Assembly (NCBI RefSeq): GCF_036321535.1
Contig: NC_087472.1
Span: 99,574,001 to 99,638,000, forward strand
Origin: Camelus dromedarius
Taxonomy: Eukaryota
Direction: 5' to 3'
DNA: 64,000 bases
Part shown: positions 12,923-27,967 of the stretch, in pieces
Layout: each line of letters begins with the position of its first letter
Position numbering within the stretch: position 1 is the stretch's first letter
Notes under the pieces: generated by a model
Database searches by the model: none
The model's input: only the letters and a program-made list of their open reading frames with translations
What the model was told of the DNA's origin: nothing
Program-made: the position numbers and the translations under genes

Positions 12923-15323
12923 TAACAGTTTTTATTCATGCATGTCAGTACCAGTTAAAAATGATACTCTTCTTTGGTAAATGTGCCTTTTGTTATAAAA
13001 AGGTAAGGTAAATTTAAATGTCTGGCTAGTGCTCTTCAGGGATCTTAATCTGGAACCATGAATTCTCCTGTGAACTAAAGGTAAGGCAACACACATTCAG
13101 TTTGCCAAGGGCAGTACCAGTTTATGCGTGACCTGATTTTTAGTAGCACCCCTTTTACTCTCAAAAGTCCCCCATTTTATGGTCAAGATGTCAGGAAGTT
13201 CTTTGAAATTGTATACCAAAATTTGTATGTTTACATTTTCTGGCAAAAATGTTCATATACCACATTTAAAAGGATCTGTGAACCAATAAAAGAGAACTAT
13301 TGTCATAAAATTTATTATAATTTGCTGCTTTAATTTCATTAAGTATCCTAAGACAATAAGGATTTTCTAAGCCAAAACCAAAGCACATGGCTCTAGGATA
13401 AAGTTTGAATCCAAACCTTTAGTTGTAAGTAAACAAATACTATATTCAGGTCTCTGCCTTTTCACTTGTTGAGATGGAAGCCTCTGCTCTCCCATCACAA
13501 ACAAGTGAAGTAATGTCTAAAGCTTTCATCTTACCTTGAACCTTAGAACTACTCTGTGAGTATGAGTAGCTCATGTTTAGTTAGTAGGGAAAGTGGCATT
13601 AATTATTATTACTTGAATCCATCTACCTATCTTTCCATCTATCTAGATCTAGTATGATTTCATTGTGCAAAAATAAACATAAATGTGCCTTATATTTGCA
13701 TGACAAATATCTGGGGAAGACACATACACAAAAACTATTACTATTCTAAACTTGGGTGTAATTGCTTTAAAAAGTCATCAGTGTCCGTAAGGCTTCCTGT
13801 CAGATATAAGGATGAACCAGAGAAATAGGTTTTAATTTGCTCTTCTATTCAGTGAAGTCTGGGGTACATAGAAATTTTCAAATTGTGTACATGAAAAGAG
13901 AGGATGTGAATAATGTACTTGGTAGGCAGTTTAAGAATGTATCTTGCTTACATAAACACATCAGAAAAAGCAGAAATGTCCTGAGGCCCCCTTTGAATTA
14001 TAGAAACCAGGAGCAGTATACCAAAACCTTGAGAATATCTTCAAGCTATTTGTGGATTCTTGTGACTTAAATTAGTTTCATAAAACCAATCCCAGTGCAA
14101 CTTGATTCTACTGAAATTACTACATATCTAAGATTCACAAACACAGTTACGGACATAATGTGAGCTGGGCTCAGATCAGCAGATCAGAGAGAATGTTGCC
14201 AAAAATAAAACCTCCCAATGTGTTCTAGTTTTCAAAAGACTAGCCCCGAACCATCTCCCTTGAATAAACATGTCTGTTCTATATAATTTTCCTCTTAATC
14301 ATCCATTCGCCTGATTCCACATTATCATTTGCAGTTGATCACAGTGGACACCTATATGTTTGTCTTCCCTGGTCTCCAAATAACGAACTGTTTTTACAAC
14401 TAAATCCATTTCCGATAGATTTGACTCATACTGAGAGTTGCAAGCTCTTTCCTAGGATGCTGGAGCATTTGGGTATTTATTGCATACACTAATTACTAAG
14501 CTGTTTTAAAATTGAAATATGAAGGTCACAAAATTGGTTTCAGACTCCCCTTTGGATGAAATGAAAGCAAAACTTGTCTTTTTTAAAATATAATATTGCT
14601 TTAACAAATTGAAACATTAAGAGAAGTATTTTTAAGAAGCAGCTGACATAAAAGGGTTGGAAAGCTATGTTAGTATTTTAAAGAGCTTTATTATAATAAT
14701 TAAACTTAATTCTAGCCAAGTAAAATTCTAGGTGTGGTTTTCTGCTTAGCTTTCTGCCTGGCTTCAAAAATAAAGCTTGTTGTACTTAACTATTAATTAA
14801 TTTTTTATAAGTGGCTTACAACTAATGGGATATTCCTGTGGAAGCATTTTATTAAAGGAAGTAAAGTTAATTCAATAAACAGATGCTAGTGGTGGATTAT
14901 AGATACATCTTGCTCATAATTATCTGTATTGATAGGGGTTAAAAATTAACTGAGTTCTCAAAAAAAAATTAACTGAATTCTCAAGGGTTTGAGACATTCA
15001 AGGATAGGAAAAAGGTATGTTAACTGTGTTCTTGGTACCTTTTCTTGAGACTTTTGACCTTTTATTAAATCCTAAACTTACTACAAACTTAAACTAGACA
15101 GGTGTGCCTGTGACTCATGGCAGAGAATTTACTTTACAGCCTTGCCATCTATGTCAAGACTGGCTTACAAATTTTAATTAAAATTTGAATAAAACTCAAC
15201 ACATGAACAAAACTGGTTGATAAATGGCTTATATTAACATTGTTTATACATGATAACACCTAAGGCACGTAGCTGTAAATACTTCAGGTTTATGACTGTA
15301 TACTTCAAGAGATTCTGTTATAA

Positions 15324-15518
<195 letters not shown>

Positions 15519-17374
15519 TGATATAGTAACTGAAAAAAAATAGACTGTAGGACAACATATATAGTAGCATAATTTCAGTTATAAAGAAAAGTATCTTTAT
15601 ATAGTTAATTTTTCTGCTTTTACTTTAAGAAGAAAAGTATTACTGACATTATTGTTTTTAATACCAGCATTTACTGGAACACTTCGGTGTTAATTATACT
15701 CAGAATTGACTAGTCTTACACTCTATAGGCGCCCCAGACTGTCTTCCTCAGTGCTGCCAGAGGGAGCTATTGCTGGTACCCAACCATATTATTACTTCCC
15801 TGCCTACAGTTCATACCCCATCCCCTCCGGTCCCTGCATTCCTCCGTCTGTAGTAGTTTACACACTTCCTCACACACCCTGTGCTCCAGCCTTGCTTGAG
15901 TATGTACAGATTTTTTTAACATGCCTCGTTTTCTCCTGCTACTTCTGTCTTTGAATTTATGATTCCTTCAGTTGAGAATACCATTTCTTTTCTTTGCCTG
16001 GCTAGCTACCACACATCTAAGACTAAGCTAAGGCATTACTTTCTTCAGGAATCCTGCCCTGCACATCACCACCTCCTGGACAAGTGAAGTGTCCTTTCAC
16101 TGCTGCCTATGGCTTTCATGTAACAGAGCTATTGGCACAGGGTGCAACCTCCCTGTCTTGCTGATGGTGCTCACTTAGGCTCAAAGGCCACATCTGGGTG
16201 TTGTAGACCAAATATGTCATGTGGCCACCTAAGTCAGAGGACTTCTGAGATACTTTCGCTCTGAGATTTTTTTTAATTCCAATGTTTACCCTCCCTTCTC
16301 CTTCTTAACCAAAACTCCAATTCCCTCCGAATAATCTATCACTGCTCATTGTTGGAAGGAGAGTGTTAACTTAATCCCATTAAAATGTGAAGTTTAACTG
16401 ACTCTTTAATTAATATAACCTCCAAGAATCCAACCAAGTAAATTAAAAAGGAAATGTGAAAATACTTTCTCTCAGCCTTGCCTGGGAAGCTCCCAGAGCT
16501 GTTGCTGTTTTTTATGTCTTTGCTCCTTCCTTCATTCCAAATTCCAAAGCCTCTAAAATTCCCCCCCCCCCTTTTGTTACAACATCTCCAACATTTAAAA
16601 AAAACTCTTATTCCTATGTCTGTTTCTCCCAACTAGAATAAAAACTTTGAGGGCAGGTACCTTGTATTTTCCATGTTTGAGGCCCTAGCACATGGTGCTT
16701 CTTATGGTCCTTAAACAAAGCCGTGCAGTAGCTCTATGAGGAAGGGGGACTAAAAGAGACTGAAGTTTAGTAAGGAGGTTATGTCAGTTTGGGATCACCT
16801 AGAGTACAGATCCAAAATTACAGTGAGCTTTCTATTTCCACATTAGGAGTAAACTGGTATGCTTCTGTGTGGTTGAATGGAATTTCTCTTTGCTAGTTAA
16901 TCTTCCTGCTTAATTCTTGCCACAGCTTGCCTTTCAGTTTAATCAAAATCAGAATAATTCATTGTACTGTGTATATAAATACAGACGTTCTGCAGTTGCA
17001 GCAGAAGTTCCAGGAATAGCACAGCAGTGTGCCTTTGTACCAGTCCCTGTTGTCACCAGTAGATAGAAAGATCAAGAGGAGTCAACCAGAAGAGCAGAAG
17101 TTCAGTGCCCCTTCGTGTATCATACCTATAGTTATTTTAATTGTCATGAGTTAAGCTTCACAGAAGGAAATTACAGGTTATTTTTCTGATGTTGTCTCAT
17201 CAATTCCTATTTTAATATTCTTATGTGGATAAAATTGCAGATTTTACATCCTTCATTGGTTGTGATAAGTAAAATTTTCCTTGAATATAAAGAGTTTTAA
17301 TTTCTCTCTACTATGCTGAACTTTGTTCTGAGCACATGTAAAGCTTCACATAATTTTTTACATTTTGGTGTTGA

Positions 17375-17677
<303 letters not shown>

Positions 17678-19363
17678 TGACCTTTTCTTTCTTAATATTT
17701 GAGCTGTAGTTACAAAGATAGGAATTAGTCTATGCATGTAACGAAAAAAAACCACTGTTAGCTTAATTATCCTACTGTTCTTCCTCTACGTAGCCTTCTC
17801 CCATTGAGCTTGAAGTTCTACTTTGAAATTTTAGCTTGTTTATAAACATTAATTTCTTATGCTTCTCAAGATCTTCTGACCCAGAAGACATAACACTGTT
17901 TTTGCTAGGCCACTGTGTACTCTTGGGATCTGGGCCCATTTCGAGTTAAGAAGAGAACCAGGGATTGATGGGTTGTAGTCACTTATAAAGGGAAATCCTT
18001 CAAGCAGATGAGGCCACACAGTCACCTGGTTTCTGGCTGGTGGATGCTCTCTTCATTTTTTCCTGCACTCAGATTTTTTTTAGTAAATGGCAATAAAATC
18101 ATATTTTTAAAAGAAGAGGAGTCTGGGAGGAAAGTGAGCAAAGGAGAGATGCAGGGAGGGAGGAAAGGAGAACAGCAGAGGAGTGAAGAGGAATGGGAAG
18201 CAGGAAAAAATAAGAGCTCTCTTCTTAAGGAGTTTATTTTCAGTATACTATTCTTGTTTTGTCTTTGCCCCTAGAAGCTAACAAGTAGAATGTGTTCATT
18301 TAATTCTAGCGCTTTTTGACTTCTAGCTGCTCAAGACTTGCCTAGTACTGTGACTAGAAATTAGCAGAACTCAGTTTTCACTGAAGAATTTGTGACTCTG
18401 TAGTCATTTAAATCCTCTATGTTCTTTTCCCAATGCCTCAGAGGTAATTAGTTATTAAAATGGTCTGGAGAAGTAATGTTCTGCATGTTAGAAACTAAAA
18501 CTCAGGTTATTGATTAGAATGTAGACTCAGAATTTGGTGATGGAAGAAATACCTAAGCCTAATACAGAGTACAGTATCAGAGAGTCTTATGAAAAAAGAA
18601 GTATTCAAGTAGGTGATTAAAGGGGGGAAATAATACAAAACTCTTAAGGAATCGTATCTTTTTGTGTGTGACATTGTTATTTCGATATGAAATAGGCAAT
18701 ACTTAGGTAAATCTGAATTTTTTTCCTTTTTTACTCCTCAGCCCCATGCCTGTTCCATTGAGCCATCAGCGTGTGTTTGTTGTGTACATCCATTGTACAT
18801 GCCATTCCCCCTTAGAACAACCACGTCCCACTCTTCTGTCTTATTCATTCTGTTCTTCAGATCTTGGATCAGATGTTACCTCCTCTAGAGACTCTCCCTG
18901 ACCTCCCAAGTTATGCCCCATTTCTCACCTGTTTATTCTCTGCCTCCCTTACTTCTGTGTAAGCTCCTGGCATGTAAAGGCAAGGATCTTATGGGTCTTG
19001 TTCACCAAAGTATCTATAGCTCCTTGTATAATACCGTGGTACACTGTAGACGCGCAGTAAATATTTATTGAATGGTGAATAACCTGGAGACAGATGTTAC
19101 TGCTATTTGCATTTTTCCTTAATCCACTTACTCAATTGGACGAAGAGGGGGAAAGTAAATACTCTTCTTTCTTCCTTCTCTCCTTGCCCTAGTTCTGTGG
19201 TAGAGTTATACTTAACACTATCAGCATTTTACAACGTTGGGATAATGTGAAGATTGGTGACCCATCATCTTGTTTATTGCATTGCTTGACAGTTTGCAAA
19301 TAAATAATTTTCCATAATGGAAATATATTGTTAATGTACCTCTTTAATTTGTATTTCAATTAG

Positions 19364-19591
<228 letters not shown>

Positions 19592-20264
19592 TAGAATCGT
19601 TAATAGTTGTTTAATGGAAGGCTTATTGAGCAAATAGTTAGAATAAGATGTCAGCCCTTTTTCTTCTGTTGCTAGTTCATCCTGTCATCAGTCCACTCAC
19701 TACTGCCTGTAACCCTTTTCCTGCCCTGACTTCTGTCTTTCTGCATCATCACACATCTGTAGCTGCCCACTGTCACTAACACTTCCATGCCTGTCAGTGC
19801 GTGGAATTAAATGCAAGCTAGCTTCTTGTTCTCCTTTCCTAATACCCTTCTAGTTTCCTGGTTTTGTCAGCATCTTCCTGCATTTCCAAGGCTAAAACAT
19901 CATGATTTCTTCTCTTTATCTGTATAACCAGTTACCCCATCTCTGTTATCCCCTAAAACCAGTTCAGGGTTGTTCTGTTCACAGAACTGCCACCCTAGCC
20001 CCTGCTTCCCTCCCCATGCCCCCAGATGACTGCCGCAGCCCGGGTGCACGTTGCCTCCTCTCGTCGTCCTGGGATCTGTCTGCGAAAGAGCTCCAAAGCA
20101 ACTGGTCATCCTCAAGCACTGCTTTGATCAAGTTACTTCTTTTCCTAAGAAATTGCAGTTCCTTATTGTAGTAAATCTAAAATTCAGTTCTTCATCCTCA
20201 AATTTTCTTGCCTTTTTATTATCAGTATGTAAAAAAAGTATAACCATGAACAAGATAATAAAAT

Positions 20265-20505
20265 ATAATAGCTAACCCTAATCTAGGGCTTGTGTGCCAG
20301 GCACATGTGTTAGTGGATTTCATCCCCACAGACAGTGTTTTGGGATAGTAATGCACTCTCATCACAACTCTGTGAAGTCGGTGCTTTTATTCTCACTTCC
20401 CGGGAAACCAGGTGCACAGTGAGGGGTACTGTCGTTTGCCTGCGGTCAGATGTAGATTTGAGCCCAAGCGGTCTGGCTGCAAAGTCTGTGCTTTTACCAC
20501 GTGCT
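20265..20505 (-). mobile_element. MIR SINE
   Basis: tgtgtgccaggcac...ttttattctcacttcccgggaaaccagg...gatttgagcccaagcggtctggctgcaaag. Confidence 0.6.
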
Positions 20506-22142
20506 AGATGTTTCACAAAAATAATGACAGTTAGTGATGTTAGGATAGTTGGATTACCGAGTTGGATTTCCCCTCTCTTTTACAAACTTTTTGTAATTTT
20601 GTTACTTTTTAGATATAAAAGTATTTTTTGAAAGATTACTTTAGTCTCTTCTCCCAGTGATACTAGAACTGATGAGGGACAGATTTTTTTTCTGCTTTTT
20701 TGTCCACATCTCCACGGCCTCTGACACATTGGTGTCTAAGTGTAGTCACTCCATCTGGCCATCTCTTTTTCCTCATGATTGTTTCCCGCTTCTTACAAGC
20801 AGCCTGCTTCTTGAAATCAGCTTTTATGCCTTGGCACACTAGAATGTTTTTTGCTTCAGAACCTGCCTCAGTTCACCTTCAGGAAATCTTCCATGGTTAA
20901 ACTCTCCTTAGACTGACCTCTTAACTCTTGGTCTCCTCTTTACCATTTAGTCATCCAACTGAAAACTTTAAAGTCCTCCCAAAATCCTCCTTCTCTGTTC
21001 TCTCTCCATATTCAGTCTATCACCAGATCCTTTGCACTCTGATTCCTGGATGTTTTAAACCACTTTTCCCTTACCCTATATACATCCAGTCTCCACTAAA
21101 TCCTTCCCATTTTCTCTTTGTCTTTTCCCCTTCATGTCCTGCCTTAGTGTTGCTCCTCACAGCCCTTCACACAGTTTGCTACAAATTACCTCCTGTCAGT
21201 TGGCCTTGTCTCCTTCTCTTTTGCCAGCATTTCCTCCATACCTTGAGTTCTCTTTCTGGTATACACATCTACTTATTTTATTTCCCTGCTTAATGCTTCA
21301 ACTATATCTGATTGCCTGAGGGGGAAAAATCTAAATTCCTTAACAAGATATTTATAAAAACCCTTCAGACTCTGTAGTATCCCCTGTCTGGCCACACTGG
21401 ACTTGCCTGTCACTAAACATGCTCTGCTCTCTCGCCTCTCCCTTTGAGTGTCCTCTGCCCTTCCCCAGCCCTTCCCTTTGTCTCCTATATCTTTACTTAC
21501 AGGCCCAATACAAGCAGGCTGCCTCCTAGCCTTCCCTCTCTCCCCATATCAAGAATGAATTGCTTCCTCATCTTTATACCCATAGCACTTTACACATAAT
21601 TTTGTTAGAACACTTATCATGTTGAATTGTTAACTATACATATGTTTATTTCCTTTGCCAGATTCTGATTTTCTTGAGGAAAACAGGGTTGTTTTGTATT
21701 TGTCACAGTTTATACCTGATAATACTTGGTGATTATTAACTGCTTGAGTAAATCAAATTATATATTCCTATAAGTATAATTTTGCACTATATCATTTGTA
21801 CTGTTATATGTTTTCTTTATTGTTTTGTATGTTAACCATTTCTGCAGCCCCATACAAAATATAAACTCATTTAAATAAGAAATCTATCTTCAGTTTATTT
21901 TTATAGTCCTCTCTGTGCCATGGCAACATTCAATAAATTAATTTGAAAATCAAAATTTAAATTTATATATGTGAATTATTAGTAGTAGAAGTTCTGGAAT
22001 AGGATGACTGTATTGCCTTATTTGTTAATCATATTCTGTTTTTCTTATATGCATTGATTTAGGAGAGAGAGTTCAGTTCACAGCCTGTCCAAATCTATAC
22101 AATAAACAGCAAGGCATTAGTACTCATTTCTACTTTTTCTAG

Positions 22143-22250
<108 letters not shown>

Positions 22251-22669
22251 TAAATATTTTGTTTAAATTATCTAGGTTTTTATTTAATCATATACACCTA
22301 CATACCACATTTATAGCTGTATCGTTACTGATTTTCTATAATGTACTATTTCTTAATCTCAAGTCATAAATTGATTTTTTCCGTATCTTTTTGTACTCTT
22401 GTTATGTCATAAACATATGCTATTTTAAATATTTTATTATATAATGTGTCATATCTTAAAATATTTGTATTATTCTATATAAAATCTAAATCAATATTTC
22501 ATAACTTATACCATGACCTAGTGCTTTGTGAAGCTTCATGTTATTTTTCACTTCAGTAGATTTTAATTAAGTATTGCATTAAATGAACTACTTAGACTAC
22601 TTTTGGACACTGCAAATAAAGATTACAACAAAAGAGATTCTATTCACTAGCATTTTAATTCTATTTTAA

Positions 22670-22810
<141 letters not shown>

Positions 22811-23749
22811 TAAAAGCTTTTGAGAAAATAATTTTTCATAATCCCTGGCGAGAAAAAATAGTATCAGTTAAAAACTTGTTTATAAAGTATTATTGAAGTG
22901 ACGTTATGAAATAACTTGAATGCAAAAACTGACCACTTTGTTTCTTTCCCAGAAGATAATTGGTTTGGCTTTATTATCTCTGTATCTAAAGCTACTTCTT
23001 CCTGACAAACGTGATGAATAATAATGGTGGTAATCTTCATGATTTGTGTGTCTACTCTGCGCCTCACACTGCACCTAAATTATCCCATTTAATCCTCTTA
23101 ACAGCCCTGTAAAATAGGGGGTAGAATCACCATTGCACAGAAGGAAACCAAAGCCAAGAATTTTTGTGTGAACTTGTCTGCAGTTACACACCAGGCATGT
23201 GTGGGTGCTTCAAAATAAATAGCTGATTCTAAAGCCCTTCTTCCCTAGAATAACTCCACCATGTTCTATTTTTGGTCCATATTATGAAGAAAGGGATCTC
23301 ATCTTTGTCACAGTAGTTTTATAGTGTCTGCTTAAAGTGCATTTGAGAAGCCGTTCTCACTGGACGACCTACCATCTACTGAATAGCTGTGACTTGCTTT
23401 CCAGTTTTACTTTATTCAGAGAAAATTCTCTTTTCAAAAGAAGAGCAGTTTTCCACTTACAAATAAGAAAAACTTAGAGCTGATGAGGAAGATACATACT
23501 GGTGAAAAGTGCTTGCTGACTTTTAGAGGTGGAAGCTTGAGTTGAGGGGATTGCATGAGGAAGTAGGGTATGTCCAGAATTTATATAGATACTCTTGGCA
23601 GAAAGATGAAGCTTCAGGCAACCAGTTTAATGCCTGTGTAGATAGTATTTTGTCTTGTAACTATATTTAAAATGAAATGTTTTCCCTTGTTTTAACAATA
23701 AAATTTCTTAAGCCAGATAATTCATTTTTCTGGGTACTTGTTTACTTTT

Positions 23750-26400
23750 TAAATCATTTATTGAGTGGCTACATTGTGCTTAATAAGTGAAGGCTCCAGG
23801 CATAAAAGATGTGACTCAGATAGAACTCCTAATCTCAAAAAGCTCACAGTCCATTTGGGAGATGGCCAAAAATATCCAATATGGTGTCCCATATGCTGTT
23901 ACAATAGTATGTTTTCTGTGCTAAAGAAGTTCACAGCTGATGCTTGATCAGAAAGATTTCAGGGAAAGCTTTCCAGAAGCAATGAAGGGATTTGCCAGGC
24001 AACTTTGGGAAGTGGCAGGACGTAGTCCGTCCCAGGCTGAGAGAGCAGCACATGCTGTGCGTGGTCATGATGGCATGGGAACGGCGGAGTGCCTGCGGGG
24101 AGCTGCTAGTAGTTCCATATGTGCAGGTGCATGTGAGAGGGCAGCCGATGAGCCCAGATTGTGAGAGGCTTTGTCAGTCGTGCTCAGGATTTGGGCTTTA
24201 CTCTAAGTGTTGGGGAACTGTTGAAAAACACTAAGCATTGTAGTGATCAGATTTTCCTTTCTCAAGATCACTCTGGAGGAGTAATTCTCGTGCACTGCAA
24301 TCAGCCAGGAACTTAACCATGACTGGTTATGAGGCATACGAAGTAATGATACAATATAAAGTATCAGAGTTTACACATCACCTGCTTTTTTAATAAGTTA
24401 AAGCAAGTTGAAGTTATCTCTATAATTTTTATAATTTGGTTCTCATTTGCTTGCATTTTATTGTGGTTTTTTGAGTGAAAGACGTAAGGATGAGATACAA
24501 ATAGAGCACAAAAAATAGCATCCAACTCACAGCCTATCTTACGGATGCCACATTATTACTAATAACTTTTGCTAACTTGTCCAGTTAAGACTTGTGATTG
24601 CAAGTATGATGTAATATGGTGAATACCCACAAAATTGGGAGGGAGGGCTCAATCTGGTGTGTCCCCTCAGGAGCAAAGTTGCATATGTGCATGTTGTCAG
24701 TCATATGGGGCATGTGTCATATGTGGCTTTGAGGAGAACAGGACCATAGCTGCCATTTACTGAGCACTTACATGTCAAGGACTGTGCTAACACTTTTCCC
24801 TAAACTATTTTATTAAGTCCTCCCTGACTTCATATTAGGGGCATTACTTGTAAGGTTTTACAACATTTCAGGTCATGAATAATGAGGACCTAATCTGGCG
24901 CAGTTAATAGTGGGATTTGAGCCAAATGGAGAGAAATTTAGGAGGCAGCATAGACTTGGGGGTTTATTGAACATAAGAAGCAAGGGAGAAGCAGCAATCA
25001 AGCATGCAGTCCACATTTCCGCCTCGGGCAAATGAGTGGGTAGTGGTGTCCTGCACCAAGATATGGAATACCAAGGAAGTAGTTTTAAGAGGAAGGATGA
25101 TTATAGATTTGAGCATTATGAATTTAAAATGCTTCCATGATATATAATTAAGAGTTGTATGTCCATTAGGCAAATGGCTAATATGGGTGTAGATCTCCAA
25201 AGAAAAGTCTGGAGTAGACGAAGTTAGGAATTGTCGTCGTCTGTAGTAGCTGTAGCATGAAGGAGCTTACCTGAGTGGAGTGATAAGAGAACCATGGAAG
25301 GAATTTGGGGGGGGGGGGCAGCACCATTTAAAGTGAAAGCTCAGGAAGGGTAGCAGTCAGAGAAGTGGTTCTAAGTGACTTGGCTGAAAGAGCTCTGGTT
25401 AACAGAGATTTGATTAAAATTACAATAGAGTTTTGTAGTGCTCCTGGACAGTTTTGGAACCTTCTAACGCATTTGAATCATGTTTGCCCACTTTCAGAAA
25501 TTGGAAGGAGAGGTCCCTAATTGTTTTGCTTTATATTTCTAATTCTGCTTGGTAGCTTTTACCTGTTCTTAGCTGTTAATGATAAGTAAAAGTAAGAGTT
25601 ATCTAACAGCAGAGGGATACTTGGAATAACATCTCCCCAGGTCTCAGTATCCAGTCAACTACCAGATTGTGTCACTTCTTTCTCTAAAGCACCTCAGTTC
25701 CATCCATATTTCTCCCCCAACCCCAAAGCTGTTGTTTCTCGCCAGTCCCTAATCAGAGTCTCCAGGCTTGAGCCCCTCCAATCCATTTTCCTCCACATTT
25801 AGTGAGTGTAATCCCTCTAAAGTACAGACCTGACTGCATCATTCCTTTGCTTTAAATGATTTATCACCTCCAGAAAATGTCTAAATTTGCTAATATGGCT
25901 TACAAGCACCTTCGCGGTCTGGTCCCTTCTCACCTCTCCCACTTTATCTGCCGCCTCACTCTCCCTTACAGTTGATGCTCCAAGCACGATGTGCCCCTTT
26001 CAGTTCCCAGACTGCAACATGTTCTTTCGCACCTGAGGGTTTCCCCTCAGACATACTCCGTTTTGTCTCCCTGAAATGCTGTTTCTCCCTTCCCTTCTCG
26101 AATCCAGCTCCTGGTACCCTCCAGGTCTCATGTTCCTCTACTGAATTCACTCTTAAGCCACCCCACCCTGTTCATGTCATGTGTCTCTTTGTGATTTTCT
26201 AGCTGCACCTCATATTTGTCCATCCCATCAAAGAACTTACTATTTGCTTTGTCATTAATTCTGTGTCTCTCCCTCACCGGGCTAAAAGGTTCATGAGGTC
26301 AGAGTTCATTTCTGTCTTGTTCATTGCTAAATACCCAATGCCTCACACAATGCCTAGCCTTTAATGGATACTCAACAGATATATTTTGAATGAAGAATTA
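23750..26400. mobile_element. Cluster of L2 fragments (both orientations) with a MIR piece
   Basis: tcatttattgagtggctac; ggatttgggctttactctaagtg; tgtcttgttcattgc...cacaatgcctagc...tgaatgaa. Confidence 0.55.
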
Positions 26401-26891
26401 AACAAGTGGTGGATGGCTTTTATAAATCACATTATTTTGGAGAATATAAAACTACATAGCAACTATATGGATCTCTACTTTGCAGAGTAAAGCATTTGGA
26501 TCGATAGAAAGCGTTTGTCTCTGGAAGAGTGGGATTCTGGGTGGTGTTCATGTTCTTTTGCTTTTCTGTATTCCAATTTTTCTATAATGCCCATGAGTTG
26601 CTTTTGTAGTAGAAAATAAAATTTAAAATAACTGTAATCTTGGGGGCGTTTAGAGCCCTCCAGTTCCTATTATCGGACAGTTATTTCTTCTCTTTGCTAC
26701 TTATTACCAACAACACAAAAAAATCTTAAGTAGCTGAAAATTACTTAGAAATCAACCTACAAAAATGTAGAAAACTCACAATATCTGAGGGAAAAAAAGA
26801 GCCCAAATCCTTAAAGACATAAAATGTGGTAAATTTACTACTTGTAATGCACCAAAATTACTATTACTCCGGGAGGAGAAAAAAGGCTTAA

Positions 26892-27344
<453 letters not shown>

Positions 27345-27844
27345 TGATTTAGAAAAGAAAAAGTCAAGACGTGCCAAAATATCGTAATAAAACTACTTGA
27401 AGAATGATTTCTGAATTTATCAATCAGATAAGCTTTATGGATTTCTGAACTTTTCCCTATACTGTTCTTTCTTACACACAACCCAAAGCAGACTCTTTGA
27501 GGTTGTCAGCAGTGGCAAAACACAAGTTCCAAAAGAGCAAGCCTTGCTGCCTCTTATATTGAAGGATTACAAAGGGAAAAAAATTGAATAGCCCTGAGAA
27601 AAGTAAGGACTATTTGCTATGAGCCCATCCCTGTCCTCTCTCATCCATAATTTCAACCTCCCACATGAGCCTCTTCAATTTTAGTTAAATCAGAGGCTGT
27701 GACCAGGGCGGTTGTTTTCATTATGAGCCTAACAACATCTGTACAAATTTGCACATGAAGAAATTGGGAAAAATTAATTTCATATTCTGTGTACAAGTGA
27801 CTGGCCTTGGTCGTTATTGTTGTGACCTTTCTTTCCTTTTGCAG

Positions 27845-27967
27845 GGTGCCATGGCAGCTACATATTCTGCTTTAAACCGTAATCAGTCACCAGTTTTGGA
27901 ACCAGTAGGCCGCTCTACTCTTGCTCAGCGGAGAGGTATTAAAAAAATCACCTCCACAGCCCTGTGA
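27845..27967 (+). CDS. RPS6KA3: RSK2 last exon, coding part (ERK docking LAQRR, PDZ-binding STAL, stop TGA)
   Basis: gcag|GGT GCC ATG...[46 protein letters not shown]. Confidence 0.98.
   Translation, partial: GAMAATYSALNRNQSPVLEPVGRSTLAQRRGIKKITSTAL

Noticed and set aside
13782..14155. 9-bp inverted repeat TGTCCGTAA...TTACGGACA suggesting a MITE
   Set aside because: Matches of this length are common by chance; no TSD or extended terminal repeat seen
16972..17000. TATATAAATA plus E-box as an internal promoter for a C-terminal-kinase-only RSK2
   Set aside because: Such motifs are frequent in AT-rich introns and there is no independent support
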